Below are positions 41,526-54,943 of a stretch of DNA of 64,000 bases, one piece after another. The notes under the pieces were generated by a model. It made no database searches and was not told the DNA's origin. It saw nothing but the letters and a program-made list of their open reading frames with translations. Location: NCBI RefSeq assembly GCF_009914755.1, contig NC_060929.1. One strand, given 5' to 3'. Both the position numbers and the translations under genes were made by a program. This DNA is from the human T2T-CHM13v2.0 reference genome, Homo sapiens. Within the stretch, counting starts at the first letter, position 1. Each line of letters opens with the position of its first letter.

Positions 41526-43139
41526 ACCATAAAATATTTTTAAGCAATAAAAAATAATGGACTACTGAGACATGCAACAGTCTGGATGAATCTTCAGAGA
41601 ATTATGCTGACTGAAGGGAAAAAATGTCAATCCCAAAAGGTTACAATGTATGTGAATCCATTGATACAGCATCCTTGAAATGACAGAATTATAGAGATGG
41701 AGACTAGACTAGTGGTTTCCTGGGTGTGGCTAGTAAAGAGTAACATGAAGGAACCTTTATGTAATGCAAATATTTTGTATTTTGAATGCCTTAGTGTCAA
41801 TATCTTGATTATAATATTACATTATAGTTTTGCTGTTACCTGTTTTAAGAAACTGAGTAAAGAACGTGTGCTGTCTCTACACTGTCTTACAACTGCATGT
41901 GAATATACAATTATCTCAAAATTTTAAGGGTGTTTAATTAAAAGAAAATCAATTATTTTTCACTCATTGATTTAGACACTAATTGGATACTGGGTTCAAA
42001 CAATATATTGGACTGAGAAGTGTTAAATCTAGTGTTTCTTGTTTACAGTATTGCTAGTTCCTATTATCAGTAATTGAATTTTCAGTTGCCTCTGTCTGCT
42101 TCCCCATCTAGACTATAGAAGTCTTGTTCTATTCTGTGTTTATCATTTTTAATTTCTGTTTCCTTTAGGCCATCACATAAATTGTATTTTAGAGCTCTGC
42201 TAACTTTTTTATTTGTATTTATAAAAAATTAGTATCTATCTGTCTACATCTATTTATGTATTTATCACCATCTGTTATCTAAATAGATTTATTCAAAGAA
42301 GAGTAGGTGCTTTAATGTGTTGACTTACTAGGTCATTTTGATGAAAAGAACCGGAATAAAATAAAAATATTTACAAAATCCACTGGCCCAGCAACTTTGT
42401 CTAAAAGGGATTATAGATAGGCTACTAATCTTCAGGAAAAATAAAAGCATTTAGTACCTAGAGTTTAACAGCTTACAATTTAGTTGCTTGAAATACATTG
42501 TGGCTATTTGAAATACTGAAATTTTTTACATGCTGTTTTCAATGTTTGTTCAGTGTGTTGAGAAATGGATGAAGAAATGTCCTCCCAGAAGGATTATAAC
42601 AGACCAAGAAGGGAACTAGATGAGCATAAATTCAGGAAAGCACAGACCAGTTGCACTTGAAACGTTGTGGAGGCTCAGCATATGTCAACCAAACAGCTGA
42701 GAAAACTCTCAGTGATGGATACAATATGGATCATCTCTGCTAGCACAGAAGAAAAACCCCACTCTTTCGGTTCTGATCAAATTCAGTATTGTCAAAGTGA
42801 AGGCAAAGTATACCAATAGAGTGATATTGAACTTGTTACCCATTGGTGGTATTCATTCAGTAGTTGAAATGTATTTACTCAAAAATACTGATAAGGCAGC
42901 TACTTGATATTAGGTATTATTCCAGATGAGATACCATAACAAACAATTAGACTAATTATTTTTTTTTTTTTTTTACCAGCATTGAGTTCTGTTAAAGAGG
43001 CCAAAAATAATCAGGTAAAGAAAGATGGCAAAGAAATAGTGGGAAAGTTATAGGAATGTTTAAAGACTTAAAAGACAATAATGTGATATAGAATGCCTTA
43101 TGCTGGAGAGGAAGAAGGTGGTATATATCTTAGATTGTT

Positions 43140-44785
43140 CTTTTTTGTCCAGATTTATTGAAGTATAAGTGACAAAATGGTATGTATTCAAGTCATTTTT
43201 ATATATATATATATTTTAGCTATAGAGTGTATATGTATTACATATACATATACATTGTAATTGTATTATATGTGTATATGTATTACATATATACATATAT
43301 TATACATGCGTTATATATATTTATATATGTATTACATGTAACATACATATACATATATGTAATTGTATTATATGTATATATAGTGAAATAATTGCCACAA
43401 TCAAGCTAATTAACATATCCATAACCCAACATCCCTACTTTTTTTTGGTTTGGTGAGAAAACTTAAGATGTACTCTCTTAGTACATTTCAAGTATAAAAT
43501 ACAGTCATGTGTACATGACATTTCAGTCAATGGCAGACGGCATATATGACAGTGGTCCCATAAAATTGTATCGGAACTGAAAAATTGCCATCACCTAGTG
43601 ACTTCCTAGGGTATTACCCTTTCTATGTCTAGATGTACAAACACTCAACATTGTGTTACAATTGCCTACAATATTCAGTACAGTAACATACTGTACAGGT
43701 TTGTACCACAGGAGCAATAGACTGTACTACATAGCCTCGAGGTGTAGTACGCTATTCCATCCAGGTTTGTGTAAGCCCACTCTACGATTCACACAGTGAT
43801 GAAATCACCTCACGACATATATCTCAAAATATATCCCATCATTAAGTGACACATGACTATACATGTGTACATGTATGGAGTCATTAACTGTAGCCACCAT
43901 GTTGTACATTAATTCTTCAGAACGTATTCACCTTATAACTGCAAGTTTGTACCTTCTGACCAACAGCTCTTCATTTCCTCCAACCTCTAAACACTGGCAA
44001 CCACCATTCTACTCTGTTTCTATGTAATTTTTTTTAGATTCCTTATATAAGTGATATTGCAGTATTTGTCTTCTTCTTTCTCACTTATTTCATGTAGCAT
44101 GTTTTCCAGGTCCATCCCTGTTATTACGAATGCCAGAATTTCCTTTGATTTTAAGGTTGAATTACATTGTATATAAATATATACCAGAATTTTTTAATCC
44201 ATCTGTGAACACAGGTTGTTTCCATATTTTTGTTAATTGTGAACAAAGTTGCAATGAACACTAGAATGAATATATATCTGAAGTAGTGATTTCTATTTCC
44301 TTTGGGTATTGCTGAAGAGGGATTGCTGATTATACAGTGATTCTATTTTTAATATTTTCAGGAACCTTCATACTGTTTTTCATATTGGCTGTACCAATTT
44401 ACATTACCATCAACAGTGCATTAGGCTTCTATTTTCTTTGCACCTTCACCAATCCTTGTCTTTTGGTAACAGTCATCCTAACAGATGTGACGTAATAATC
44501 TCATTGTGGTTTTGATTTGTATTTCCCTAATGATTAGTGATGTTGGACACCATTTCATGTATCTGTTGGCCATTTCTTTATTCTTCTTTGGAAAAATGTC
44601 TATTTGGTTGCTTTCCCCATTTTTTGATCAAGATACTTGTTTATTTGCTACTGAATTGTACGGGTTCCTTATATACCTTGTATAGTAACCCCTTATTAAA
44701 TGCTTGGTTTTAACAGCAATGAACACAATCAACAAAATGAAAGGGCAAGCATAGATTGGTAAAAAGTATTTGCAAACTATATCTT
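43140..44785 (-). mobile_element. L1MA/MB 3' end with short inverted 5' segment and a TA-rich tract at about 43195-43380
   Basis: Antisense 3' UTR and ORF2 motifs to about 44700, then a sense segment at about 44712-44783. Confidence 0.8.
43502..43859. mobile_element. Tigger3a-like MITE
   Basis: TIRs CAGTCATGTGT...ACACATGACTA flanked by TA; about 350 bp. Confidence 0.85.
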
Positions 44786-45317
44786 CTTTTTGTACTAGTT
44801 CCTCAGATATAATTTTAGATGCGAGAATACCTAATTTTACCTGAGAAAGGTGGAAAGTTGCACTATGTTGAACTGTCATTTCACAATGTATAAATGCACA
44901 TTAGGCTGCTATCTTTATTTCTGCTAACCTTGTGTCCTAAATGCCAGAAACAACTTGGCAAAAGGTGTGAAGAATTTGAGGGCTACATCATGTCTGAAAA
45001 TGAATTTTTTTACTGTATATTCTAAAAGATTTTAACTCCTACCAACATTTCTTGTTGAAATGCAGGGCTGAATAATGGACATAGCTCCATTTTTTGGTGA
45101 TTTTTAGGAAGCAAGAATATTAGTTATTTCATCAATGAGCTAAGTAATGACATGGATATCTTCCATAGGGCCAATGTGTCAAGCACATTTTTATAAGTTA
45201 ATAGCTTACTGCAGTAGGTATTTTCTACCCTATTTTGAAAATATAGCTCATATCTTGGAATCAGTTGACATTATGAATATGTCAGATGGGTAAAAATGGA
45301 GAATTGGGCTTTCTGAA

Positions 45318-48300
45318 ATAACATTGAATCTGTAGATGCTTTGGGCCATATGACCATTTTAATAATATTGATTCTTCTGACCTATGAACATGGGATGGTG
45401 TTCCATTTGTTTGTAAGATAACTTCTTTCATCAGTGTTTTGTAATTTCCTTGTAGATATTTTTCACCTTCTTGGTTAGATGTTATTTCTAGGTATTTTAA
45501 TTTTTTGTGGCTATTGTACATAAGATTACATTCTTGATTTGCCTCTCAATTTTAAAGTTATTGGTATATAGAAATACTACTTATTTTTGTGCATCGATTT
45601 TGTATCCTGAGATTTTACTGAAGTCGTTTATCAGGCCTAGGAACCTTTTGGCAGTCTTTAGGCAAAGAAGGCTAATTTGACTTATTTTCCTATACGGATG
45701 TCTTTTATTTTTTTCTCCTGCCTGATTGTTCTGGCTAGGACTTCCAGTACTATTTTGAATAGGAGTGGTGAGAGTGGGCGTCCTTATCTTGTTCCACTTC
45801 TTAAATGGAATGCTTCCAGCTTGTGCCCATTCAGTGTAATTGTAGGTTTGTCTTGGATGACTGCTATTATTTTGAGGTATGTTCTTTTGAAATCTAGTTT
45901 GCTGAGAGTTTTTATAAAGAAGGGATATTGGATTTTTTTCAAAATCTTTTTCTGTGACTATGAGATGATAATATGGATTTTTTAAAAATTCTGTTTATGC
46001 TGTGAATTACATTTATTGTTGTGCATATGTTAAACCAGCCCTGTATGACAGGAATAAAACCTACTTTATTATAATTAATTAACTTTTTGATTTACTGCTG
46101 GATTTGATTTGCTAGTGTTTTGTTCAGGATTTTTACATCTATGTTCATCAGGGATTTGGGTCTCTTGTTTTCTTTTTTCATTGTGTCATTGTCAGATTTT
46201 GGTATTAGAGTGATGCTGGCTTCACAGAATGAGTTAGAGAAGAGTCCCTCCTTCTCCATTTTTTTTTTTTTTTTTTGAAATGGTTTTAGTAGGACTGGTA
46301 TCTACTCTTTGTACATCTGGTAGAATTTGCCTGAGAACCCACCTGGTCCAGGGCTCTTTTGGGTTAGGATTACTGATTCAATTTTAGAACTCATTATTGG
46401 TTAGTTTATAGTTTCAATTTCTTCCTCATTCAGTCTTGAGAGCCTGTAATTTTCCAGGAATTTATCTATTTCCTCTAGACTTTCTAGTTTTTATGCACAG
46501 CTGTGTTCATAGTAGTCTCTGAGGACATTTCATATTCTGTAGGATAGGTTGTAATGTCATCTTTGCTGTTTCTGATTGTGCTTATTTGGGATTTCTCTTT
46601 TTTTTTCTTTGTTAAGCTAGCTGTTGGTCTATTGATCTTGTTAATCCTTTTGAAGAACCAGCTTTTGGTTTCATTGATCCTTTGTATGGATGGTGGGGTC
46701 TCAATTCCATTCAGTTTTGCTCTAATTTTAGTTATGACTTTTCTTCTGCTAGCTTTGAGGTTTGTTTGTTCTTTGCTTTTCTAATTCCTCCAGACATGAT
46801 GTTACATAATTAATTTAAGATTTTTCTAACTTCTTGATGTAGGCTTTTAGTGCTCTAAACTTTCCTCCTAACACTGCTTTTGCTGCATTGTAGAGACTAG
46901 TATGTTGTGTCTCTGTTTTCATTTTTTTAAAGAGTTTTTAAATTTCTGACTTAATTTCATTGTTTACCCAGAAGTGATTCAGGAGAAAGTTGTTTAATTG
47001 TCATGTATTTGTGTGATTTTTGAGAGAACTTCTTGGTATTGATTTGTATTCCACTGTGGTCTAAAAGTATGCTTGGTATGATTTTTATTTTTCTGACTTT
47101 ATTGAGAATTGCTTTACGGCCGAGCATGTGATTGATCTTAGACTATGTTCCATGTGCAGATGAAAAGAATATATATTCAGTGGTTAATGGGGTGCAGTGT
47201 TCTATGTCTATTAGATTCAATTGATCAAATGTCAAATTTATGTCCAAAATTTGTTAGTTTTCTGGCTCAATTATATGTCTAGCCTTGTCAGTGGGGCATT
47301 ACATTCCCCCACTACTATTGTGTGAATGTCTAAGTCTTTTTGTAGATATAGAAGTATTTGTTTTATGAATCTGGATGCTCCAATGTTGGGTGCCTTATAT
47401 TTAAGATAGTTAAGTCATCTTGTTGGATTGAAGCCTTTATTATTATGTAGTTAAAACCTTATTATTATGTAGTGCCCATCTTTGTTCTTTTCTATTTTTG
47501 TTGGTTTAAAGTCTATTTTCTATTTGCATGATAGATCTTCCTCCAATCCTTTACCTTGAGTGCAGGAGTGTTGTTACATGAAAGATGGGTCTCTTGAAGA
47601 CAGCAGACATATAAGTCTTATTTTCTTATCCAACTCAATACTTTGTGCCTTTTAAGTTGGGCATTTACATTCAAGGTTAATACTAATGTGTGAGGTTTTG
47701 ATCCTAGTGTGAAATTGTTACCTGATTGTTTTGTAGTTTCTATTATGCCATGTCTTTAATGGGTCTGTGGCCAATGTACTTAGGTATGGTTTTGTAGTAG
47801 CAGATATCATTCTTTCATCTCCATGCCTAGAAATCCCTTAAAAATCTCTTGTAAGGCTGGTCTAGTGATAATGAGTTCTCTTAGCAATCACTTATCTGAA
47901 AAAGATTTTATTTCTCCTTTGCTTATGAAGTTTAGTTGGGCAGGGAATGAAATTCTTCGCTGGAGTTTCTTCTATTTGACAATGCTGAAAATTGGCCCCT
48001 AGTCTCTTCTGGCTTGTAGGGCTTCTGCTGAGAAGTCTGCTGCTAACCTGAAGGGGTTATATTTGTACATGATCGACCTTCTTCTCTAGCTGCCTTTAAG
48101 ATTTTTTTCTTTAGCATTGACCTTAGATGTCTGGTGACTATATGCCATGGTGATGCTTGTTTTGTATAGCATCACTTAGGTATTCTCTGTATGTCTTATA
48201 TCTGGATGTCTAATTCTAGCAAGATTAGGGAAATTTTCTTGAATTATTCCCTCAAATATGTTTTCCATGTTGACTGCATTTTATCCTTATCCCCCAGAAA

Positions 48301-49760
48301 TGCCATTAATTTAGAGGTTTCGTAGCTTTACGCAATCTCATATTCCTCAAAGACTTAGTTGATTTAAAACAAAGCTCCTCTTCCTTTATTTTTATCTGAC
48401 TCAGTTAGCTTGAAAGACCAATCTTCATGCTCTGAAATTCTTTTTTCTGTTTGGTCTAGTCTATGGATACAAGTTTCTGTTGCATTTGAAATTCATTACG
48501 TGAGTTTTTCAGTTGCAGTAGCTCTGATTAGGTTCTTTTTAAGATGTTTACTTCTTCCTTTTTTCCTGCATTGTTTTAGGTGTTTCTTTGTGTTGATTTT
48601 CAATCTCATCTTGGATCTCATTGAGTTTTCCTGGAATACATAATTTGAAGTCTTTATCTTTCATCTCTCTGCTCTATTTTGGCCAGGGACAACTGCTGGA
48701 GAGCTAAGGCAAGCCTTTGGTGGTGTCACATTTTATTTTTCATGGTGGCAGAAATCTTATGCTCGTTTCTTCTCATCTGGAGATGGTTGTGTTTGATAGG
48801 GTCTTTTAACTTTGCTTCTATAGTGTCACACACTTCTGTCAGCAGGTTTTGTATTTGGCTGTAGGTTTGACCCAAGGGCCAGTGGATGGCATTGGCAGGT
48901 AGGAGACAGCTGCCACACAAGCAAGTGTATGGACCTGATCTTTGTTTACTATAAAGTGCCCTCTGTTGTTTCAGTTGTAGGGCTGAACAGTGGAGTGCCC
49001 AGTGCCCTGAACTTCCTATTCCCTGTGGGTGCTGGAACACATCTGTGCAGATGGAGCCGGTGACTTTCCCATGGATATCCCAATGGTGGGCACAGTCACC
49101 AGCCCTAACCAGGGTGTCTGGAGGGAGCTCATGGTGAAGTGCACTGAGGTCTCTGCCGGGGTTGTGAGAGGGTTGCATTGGCTCCCCATCCTAGATAGAC
49201 ATGAATGCAATCTGTTTCCCTATCACATTCCTGTTCTACCACTTGTGACTCCTAGTTCACATGCATAGTGTTGTCTATCTCTAGACTGTAATGTGGTTGG
49301 AAGCCACAGGGAATGCCTGTTTTGCTAGTCTTTGTGGGAGTGGTTTCAGGGCATAACCTCATCATACAACTTGATACAGAAAGCTTTAAGGCTTGACTGC
49401 TCTCCAATGTGGCAGCACTGCTCTTCTAAAGAGAGGGCTCTACCTTTGGGCCTGTGTGAGTGGATGTTAGTTGTGGTAGTGTTGGCTGCTTTGGTCAGCC
49501 TGACCTCTAGCCATGGGGGAGGTGATTAGGTTCCAGCAGAATTAGAATGTGGGGTTGGTTGCTCCTCCAGTTCCAAGGCCCCTAGATGGCCTTCTGGACA
49601 GTGTGTATGAAGGGACTGGACTAGAGTCACCCTAGCCCAGAGTCAGATGCTGGCTGTGATGAGGAGAGCAGGCTGGTCTGCAAGTTGCTGGCCAAACTCT
49701 CAGGCAGGGGCAGGCAAAATGCTTAGGTGGTGGGAGCCTGAGGGAACACCTTACATGGTC
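45318..49760 (-). mobile_element. L1PB/L1MA-type element: ORF2, ORF1 and 5' UTR, lacking the 3' end
   Basis: Continuous antisense L1 motifs; GC-richer 5' UTR from about 48800. Confidence 0.85.
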
Positions 49761-49789
49761 TCTTAGATGATACACTTGAAGAACTGGTA

Positions 49790-50479
49790 TTTATTCACCA
49801 CTTTATTTCCTCTCCATTAGAATGGCATATAGTAGCTTCTTCTAATCAGTCATCTTGAACATAACCCTCAGTGATTAAGTTTGAAAGTATGCATTTGGGG
49901 GGTACACAGTCAGAACATAACAGTCTTCAGGACTACTTTATATTTGAATTGCTTTCAGAAGAGTTGGTTAAAAGTCCCCCTTACAAAAGTGAGATGACAG
50001 AACCAGTGGCCCATCAGTGATACTTACTGTTCACAACACTATGTAGTAGAGCCTATGGGACAATGTGGCTCTTTCCTCTAAAGAGGAAGACAGTTAACTT
50101 GAAAATATATCAATATTGTACCACTTAAAGAAAAGCATGTGGTAAAATTAGTCACTGGATTAGCCCTCTGAAAATCACTGTCCGATCATAAAGGCTATTT
50201 GATGTGGCTATAACTCTTTAATACATATTTGCCCCAACTCTACTGGGAAAAATGGAAGCCCAGATTTCATAAAGTGTGGGTTTTAGTGGCTTACAACGAG
50301 TAAAATAAGCTGGCCATGATTTCCAGTTGATGCTCCAGACATTGTAGAGCTGAAAAAAAAAACATCTCTGTGTACTATATACAAACTCCTGACTTAAAAA
50401 TGCCATGAGTGTAGTAATAAAACATTTTATAATGCCAAGTTTTTGAATAAGTTGTTACTTAGCAATAGCATATGGAACA
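49790..50479. mobile_element. Old MLT1 MaLR fragments
   Basis: MLT terminal motifs GGGGGGTACACAGTCAGAACATAACA and TTGTTACTTAGCAATAG...GGAACA. Confidence 0.5.
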
Positions 50480-50825
50480 CAAATATTGCAAGAATGAGGG
50501 AAAAAGCAAGGGATAAATTGATAGCTGCATTGAGAAAACCAGGCGCAAACAGGAGGCAGGATTTAATTAACTGCCTGTCTCACATGTCTTCACACTGGCT
50601 GACAGATTAAAATGACTGTGATATTATGCATTGTTAGAAATTAGTGTTACAAACAGCCACTAGAGCCCTTGAATATTTTTAGCATTTCTCTTCTTTCAAT
50701 GTAGTCTTATCCAAGCAATTAGACACACATATCCTAGAATAAAACTTAGAGAAAAGTATGCATTTCTGACTCCTCTTATGGGTATTGAGACAAGACGGTT
50801 GACTTCAATTGGACTTTTTCATCAG

Positions 50826-51203
50826 TAATATGGTTCGTCTGTGTCCTTACCCAAATCTCATCTTGAATTATAATCCCCATAATCCCCACGTGTCAAGGGT
50901 GGGACCAGGTGGAGGTAACTGGATCATGGGAGTGGTTTCCCCTATGCTGTTCTTTTGCTAGTGAGTGAGTCTCATGAAATCTGATGGTTTCATAAGCATC
51001 AGGCATCTCTCCTGCTGGCAGTCACTCCATCCTGCCACCCTGTGAAGAAAGTGCCTGCTCCTCCCATTTGCCTTCTGCCATGATTTTAAGTTTCCTGAGG
51101 CCTTCTCAGCAATGCAGAACCATGAGTCAATTAAACCTCTTTCCTTTATTTATTACCAAGTCTCAGGTATTTCTTCATAGCAGTGTAGGAATGGACTAAT
51201 ACA
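50826..51203 (+). mobile_element. THE1C/D-like solo LTR
   Basis: Full LTR ending GGACTAATACA; perfect TSD ATCAG at 50821-50825 and 51204-51208. Confidence 0.92.
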
Positions 51204-51561
51204 ATCAGTATTCCCAACCAAGAAAGGAGAACCAGTAAGGAGTTCCTTTTTAATGCTTTAGTAACAGTTGACCAGGTAATTCAGACCAATTCTTCCACTA
51301 AAGACAATTAGAAAAGTTAGGGCGCTGCCACTTAAAGCAGTCAGAAAACTAACAATACTGTGAAGAATGGCCAGGCCAGGATCAGGGAGAAGAGATAAAT
51401 CTGGGATATTGATCCCATCTTCTGTGGCCATTTGTGCTTTGTAGGCTTTTGCAAACTCCGTAAGAACAAAGTAAGCATGAGCAGCACACATAAAAACTAC
51501 ATAATAAACATAATTTTATGTGTAGAAATTTTTGAGATTTATAAAGGACCATATACAAAAT

Positions 51562-51921
51562 TGTGTTAGCCCATTCTCACGCTGCTATGAAGAAATACCT
51601 GAGACTGGGTAATTTATAAAGGAAAGAGGAATTGACTCACAGTTCCACATGGCTGGGAAGTCCTCAGGAAACTTACAATCATGGTGGAAGGCACCTCTTC
51701 ACAGGGTGGCAGAAGAGAGAATGAATGACAGCAGGGGAAAGGTCAGACACTTAGATAACCATCGGATCTCCTGAGAATTCACTCACTATCAGGAGAGCAG
51801 CATGGGGGAAACCACCCAAATGATTCCATTACCTCCCACTGGGTCTCTCCAAAATACATAAGGATTATGGGGATTACAATTCAAGATGGGATATGGTTGG
51901 GGACATAGCCAAACCATATCA
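51562..51921 (-). mobile_element. THE1C/D-like solo LTR
   Basis: TGTGTTAGCCCATT...CCAAACCATATCA; near-TSD AAAAT/AAAGT. Confidence 0.92.
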
Positions 51922-52032
51922 AAAGTCATGAGGCAATTTCTGGCAAATTTCAAAAATTGATATACAGATTATATGAATTAAGCTGGTATTTAGTTATATC
52001 AAAATGTTAACTAGAAAAATTGCATATGTTTG

Positions 52033-52412
52033 TGCTACAGCCTGAATTGCTCCCCACCCCACATATTCACATGTTAAAGCCATAACACCCAATTTGACTG
52101 TATTTGAAGATACAACTTTTAAGGAGGTTATTAAGGTTACATGAAGTTAGAAAGCTAGGGCCCTAATTCTATAACATCGGCGTTCTTATAAGAAGACACG
52201 CCAGGAGTGTGTGCACATAAAGAAAAGGTCATGAGGGACATGGTGAGAAGGCAACTGTTTTCAAGCTAAGGAGAGAGGCCTCACCAGACATGAACAATTG
52301 CTACATCTTCATCTTGGACCTCCAGGCTCCAGAGCTGTGATAAAACAAAAGTCTGGTGTTCAAGCCACCAAGTCTGTGATACATTTTTATGGCATCCCAA
52401 GAAGACTAAATC
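52033..52412 (+). mobile_element. MLT1-type LTR
   Basis: GGGCCCTAATTC...CTTATAAGAAGA, TCTTGGACCTCCAGGCTCCAGAGCTGTGA. Confidence 0.8.
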
Positions 52413-54119
52413 CAGTTTAGAAAATAAGGAATGCATTTTTAAATAACCCATGAGATTTACATTTTCAGTCATGAAAAAACAAAATGATCGAAAATTATCC
52501 TCTCACCATAAACAAATAGAAACTGGAGAAATTGTAAGAAACAATTTTCAGTCATAGGCAATAGACAATGAAATACTGTCATCTCTGAGAAACAGGAAAC
52601 AAATTCTGTGAGTCCTACCATTATGTAGACTTTTGGAAGATGATATAATTCTCAATGTCACATGAGGGAAAAACTAAAATCAATACAGAAATCTCTCTTG
52701 AAAGAGAACACAGATAATAGAGTTCAAGGAATATGAGATAGCTAGAATTTGTAGGGCAGATAAGTCAAATTGAGGGAGCTACACAGAAAGGAAGATTTTT
52801 AGAAATCTGCATAGGAATCCCAATAAGTTTTGGCTGAATACCAATCTGTGCACGCATAGGGGGAAATCAACCAAGGGTAGAAAGCAGAAAGGGTAGCGAA
52901 GGAAACAATTACTTAATAGTCATAAGAATAAAAATTCCCAGAACTCACTTAGGGCTAATGATAGTTTCAGCTTTTATCAGTCAGAATGGAGAGATATTAA
53001 TGAATAATGATGACATGTAACAGAAAACTCAAAGCTTTCTACCTTTAAAGTAGAACTCAATTAGCCCTAAGATAAAGGCAACTATAAGCCTCCACAAAAA
53101 GAGCTTAGAAACAAACCTTGACATGATCAAACTGGTTATCAAGCAAACTGACTTCAAGAAGTTGAACACTGCTTAATGATATAAAACAGATAGTACTCAA
53201 TGTTTAAAATGCATTAATAATCACCACGTGTATAAAGAAAGAGTGAACAAAATATAGGAGGAAAATGTCAATAAAACAAAAACAAATGGGAGAGGTAATA
53301 AATTCGGAAAAAAATAAAAGCAATTGTAGATATGTTCCTATGTGAAAAGATGAAAAAATATATAAATATGATGAAAAGAAAAACACTAAGCTAAATACAA
53401 GATGGAAATTAAACTTCTAACAATGCAAAACAAAGAGCAAAAAAGGCTGGATGGAATTACAGCAGATGAGACCTGAAAGAAGAAATGATTAGTGAACTTT
53501 GGTATAATAGCAATAAAAATCCAAAATAAAATATAGGGAAAAAAGAAACCTAAAAAGTAAATGAATACAGCATCAGCAGCCTGAGAGAAAATATCAAGAA
53601 ATTAAGCAGTATAATATGTATTTGATTAGAGTCTCCAATGGGTAAGACAAGTGAGAGTGATGGGGGTCATATACAAAAACACTACTTGAAGAAATAGTAC
53701 CAGAAATGTTATAAAAACTATAAAAGCACATATTCTAGAAATAAAATTTTAAGCAGAATCAAATGTTAAATAAAATAATAAGAAAAGACATACTAAAGCA
53801 AACAATAAATGAATTGCTGAGAAGCACTGAAAAAGAAAAAAATCTTAATTGTAGGCAGAAAAAAAGAAACTGCACACAGAATATAAATCGTAATTATAAG
53901 AAATTTGTTATCAAAAGCTATGCAATCTAGAAGATAATTAAAAGTCAGCCTTAAAATACTAAAAAAAAAAGAAAAACTATCAACCCAGAGTTTTGGCAAA
54001 GTGAAAATATCTCATAAATTGAATGTGAAATAAAGTCTTTTCCATTCATGCAAAAGATGAGAAAATCACTGGCAACAGAGATGAACTGTTGGTCTTTTAT
54101 GCAAAAAGGAAATGATACT

Positions 54120-54943
<824 letters not shown>

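Larger units (their letters stand above)
39000..41930 (+). mobile_element. Old L1MC/MD ORF2 and 3' UTR; host of the tRNA fragment and the inverted L1PA
   Basis: Collinear ORF2 motifs; ends ACAACTGCATGTGAATATACAATTATCTCAAAAT. Confidence 0.8.

Noticed and set aside
42555-42800. Peptide PRRIITDQEG, weakly resembling a Gypsy integrase core motif
   Set aside because: Too short and followed immediately by a stop; needs a profile-HMM search to be supported.
48410-49529. Cluster of 60-150 aa ORFs
   Set aside because: All lie within the 5' UTR and ORF1 start of a decayed L1.
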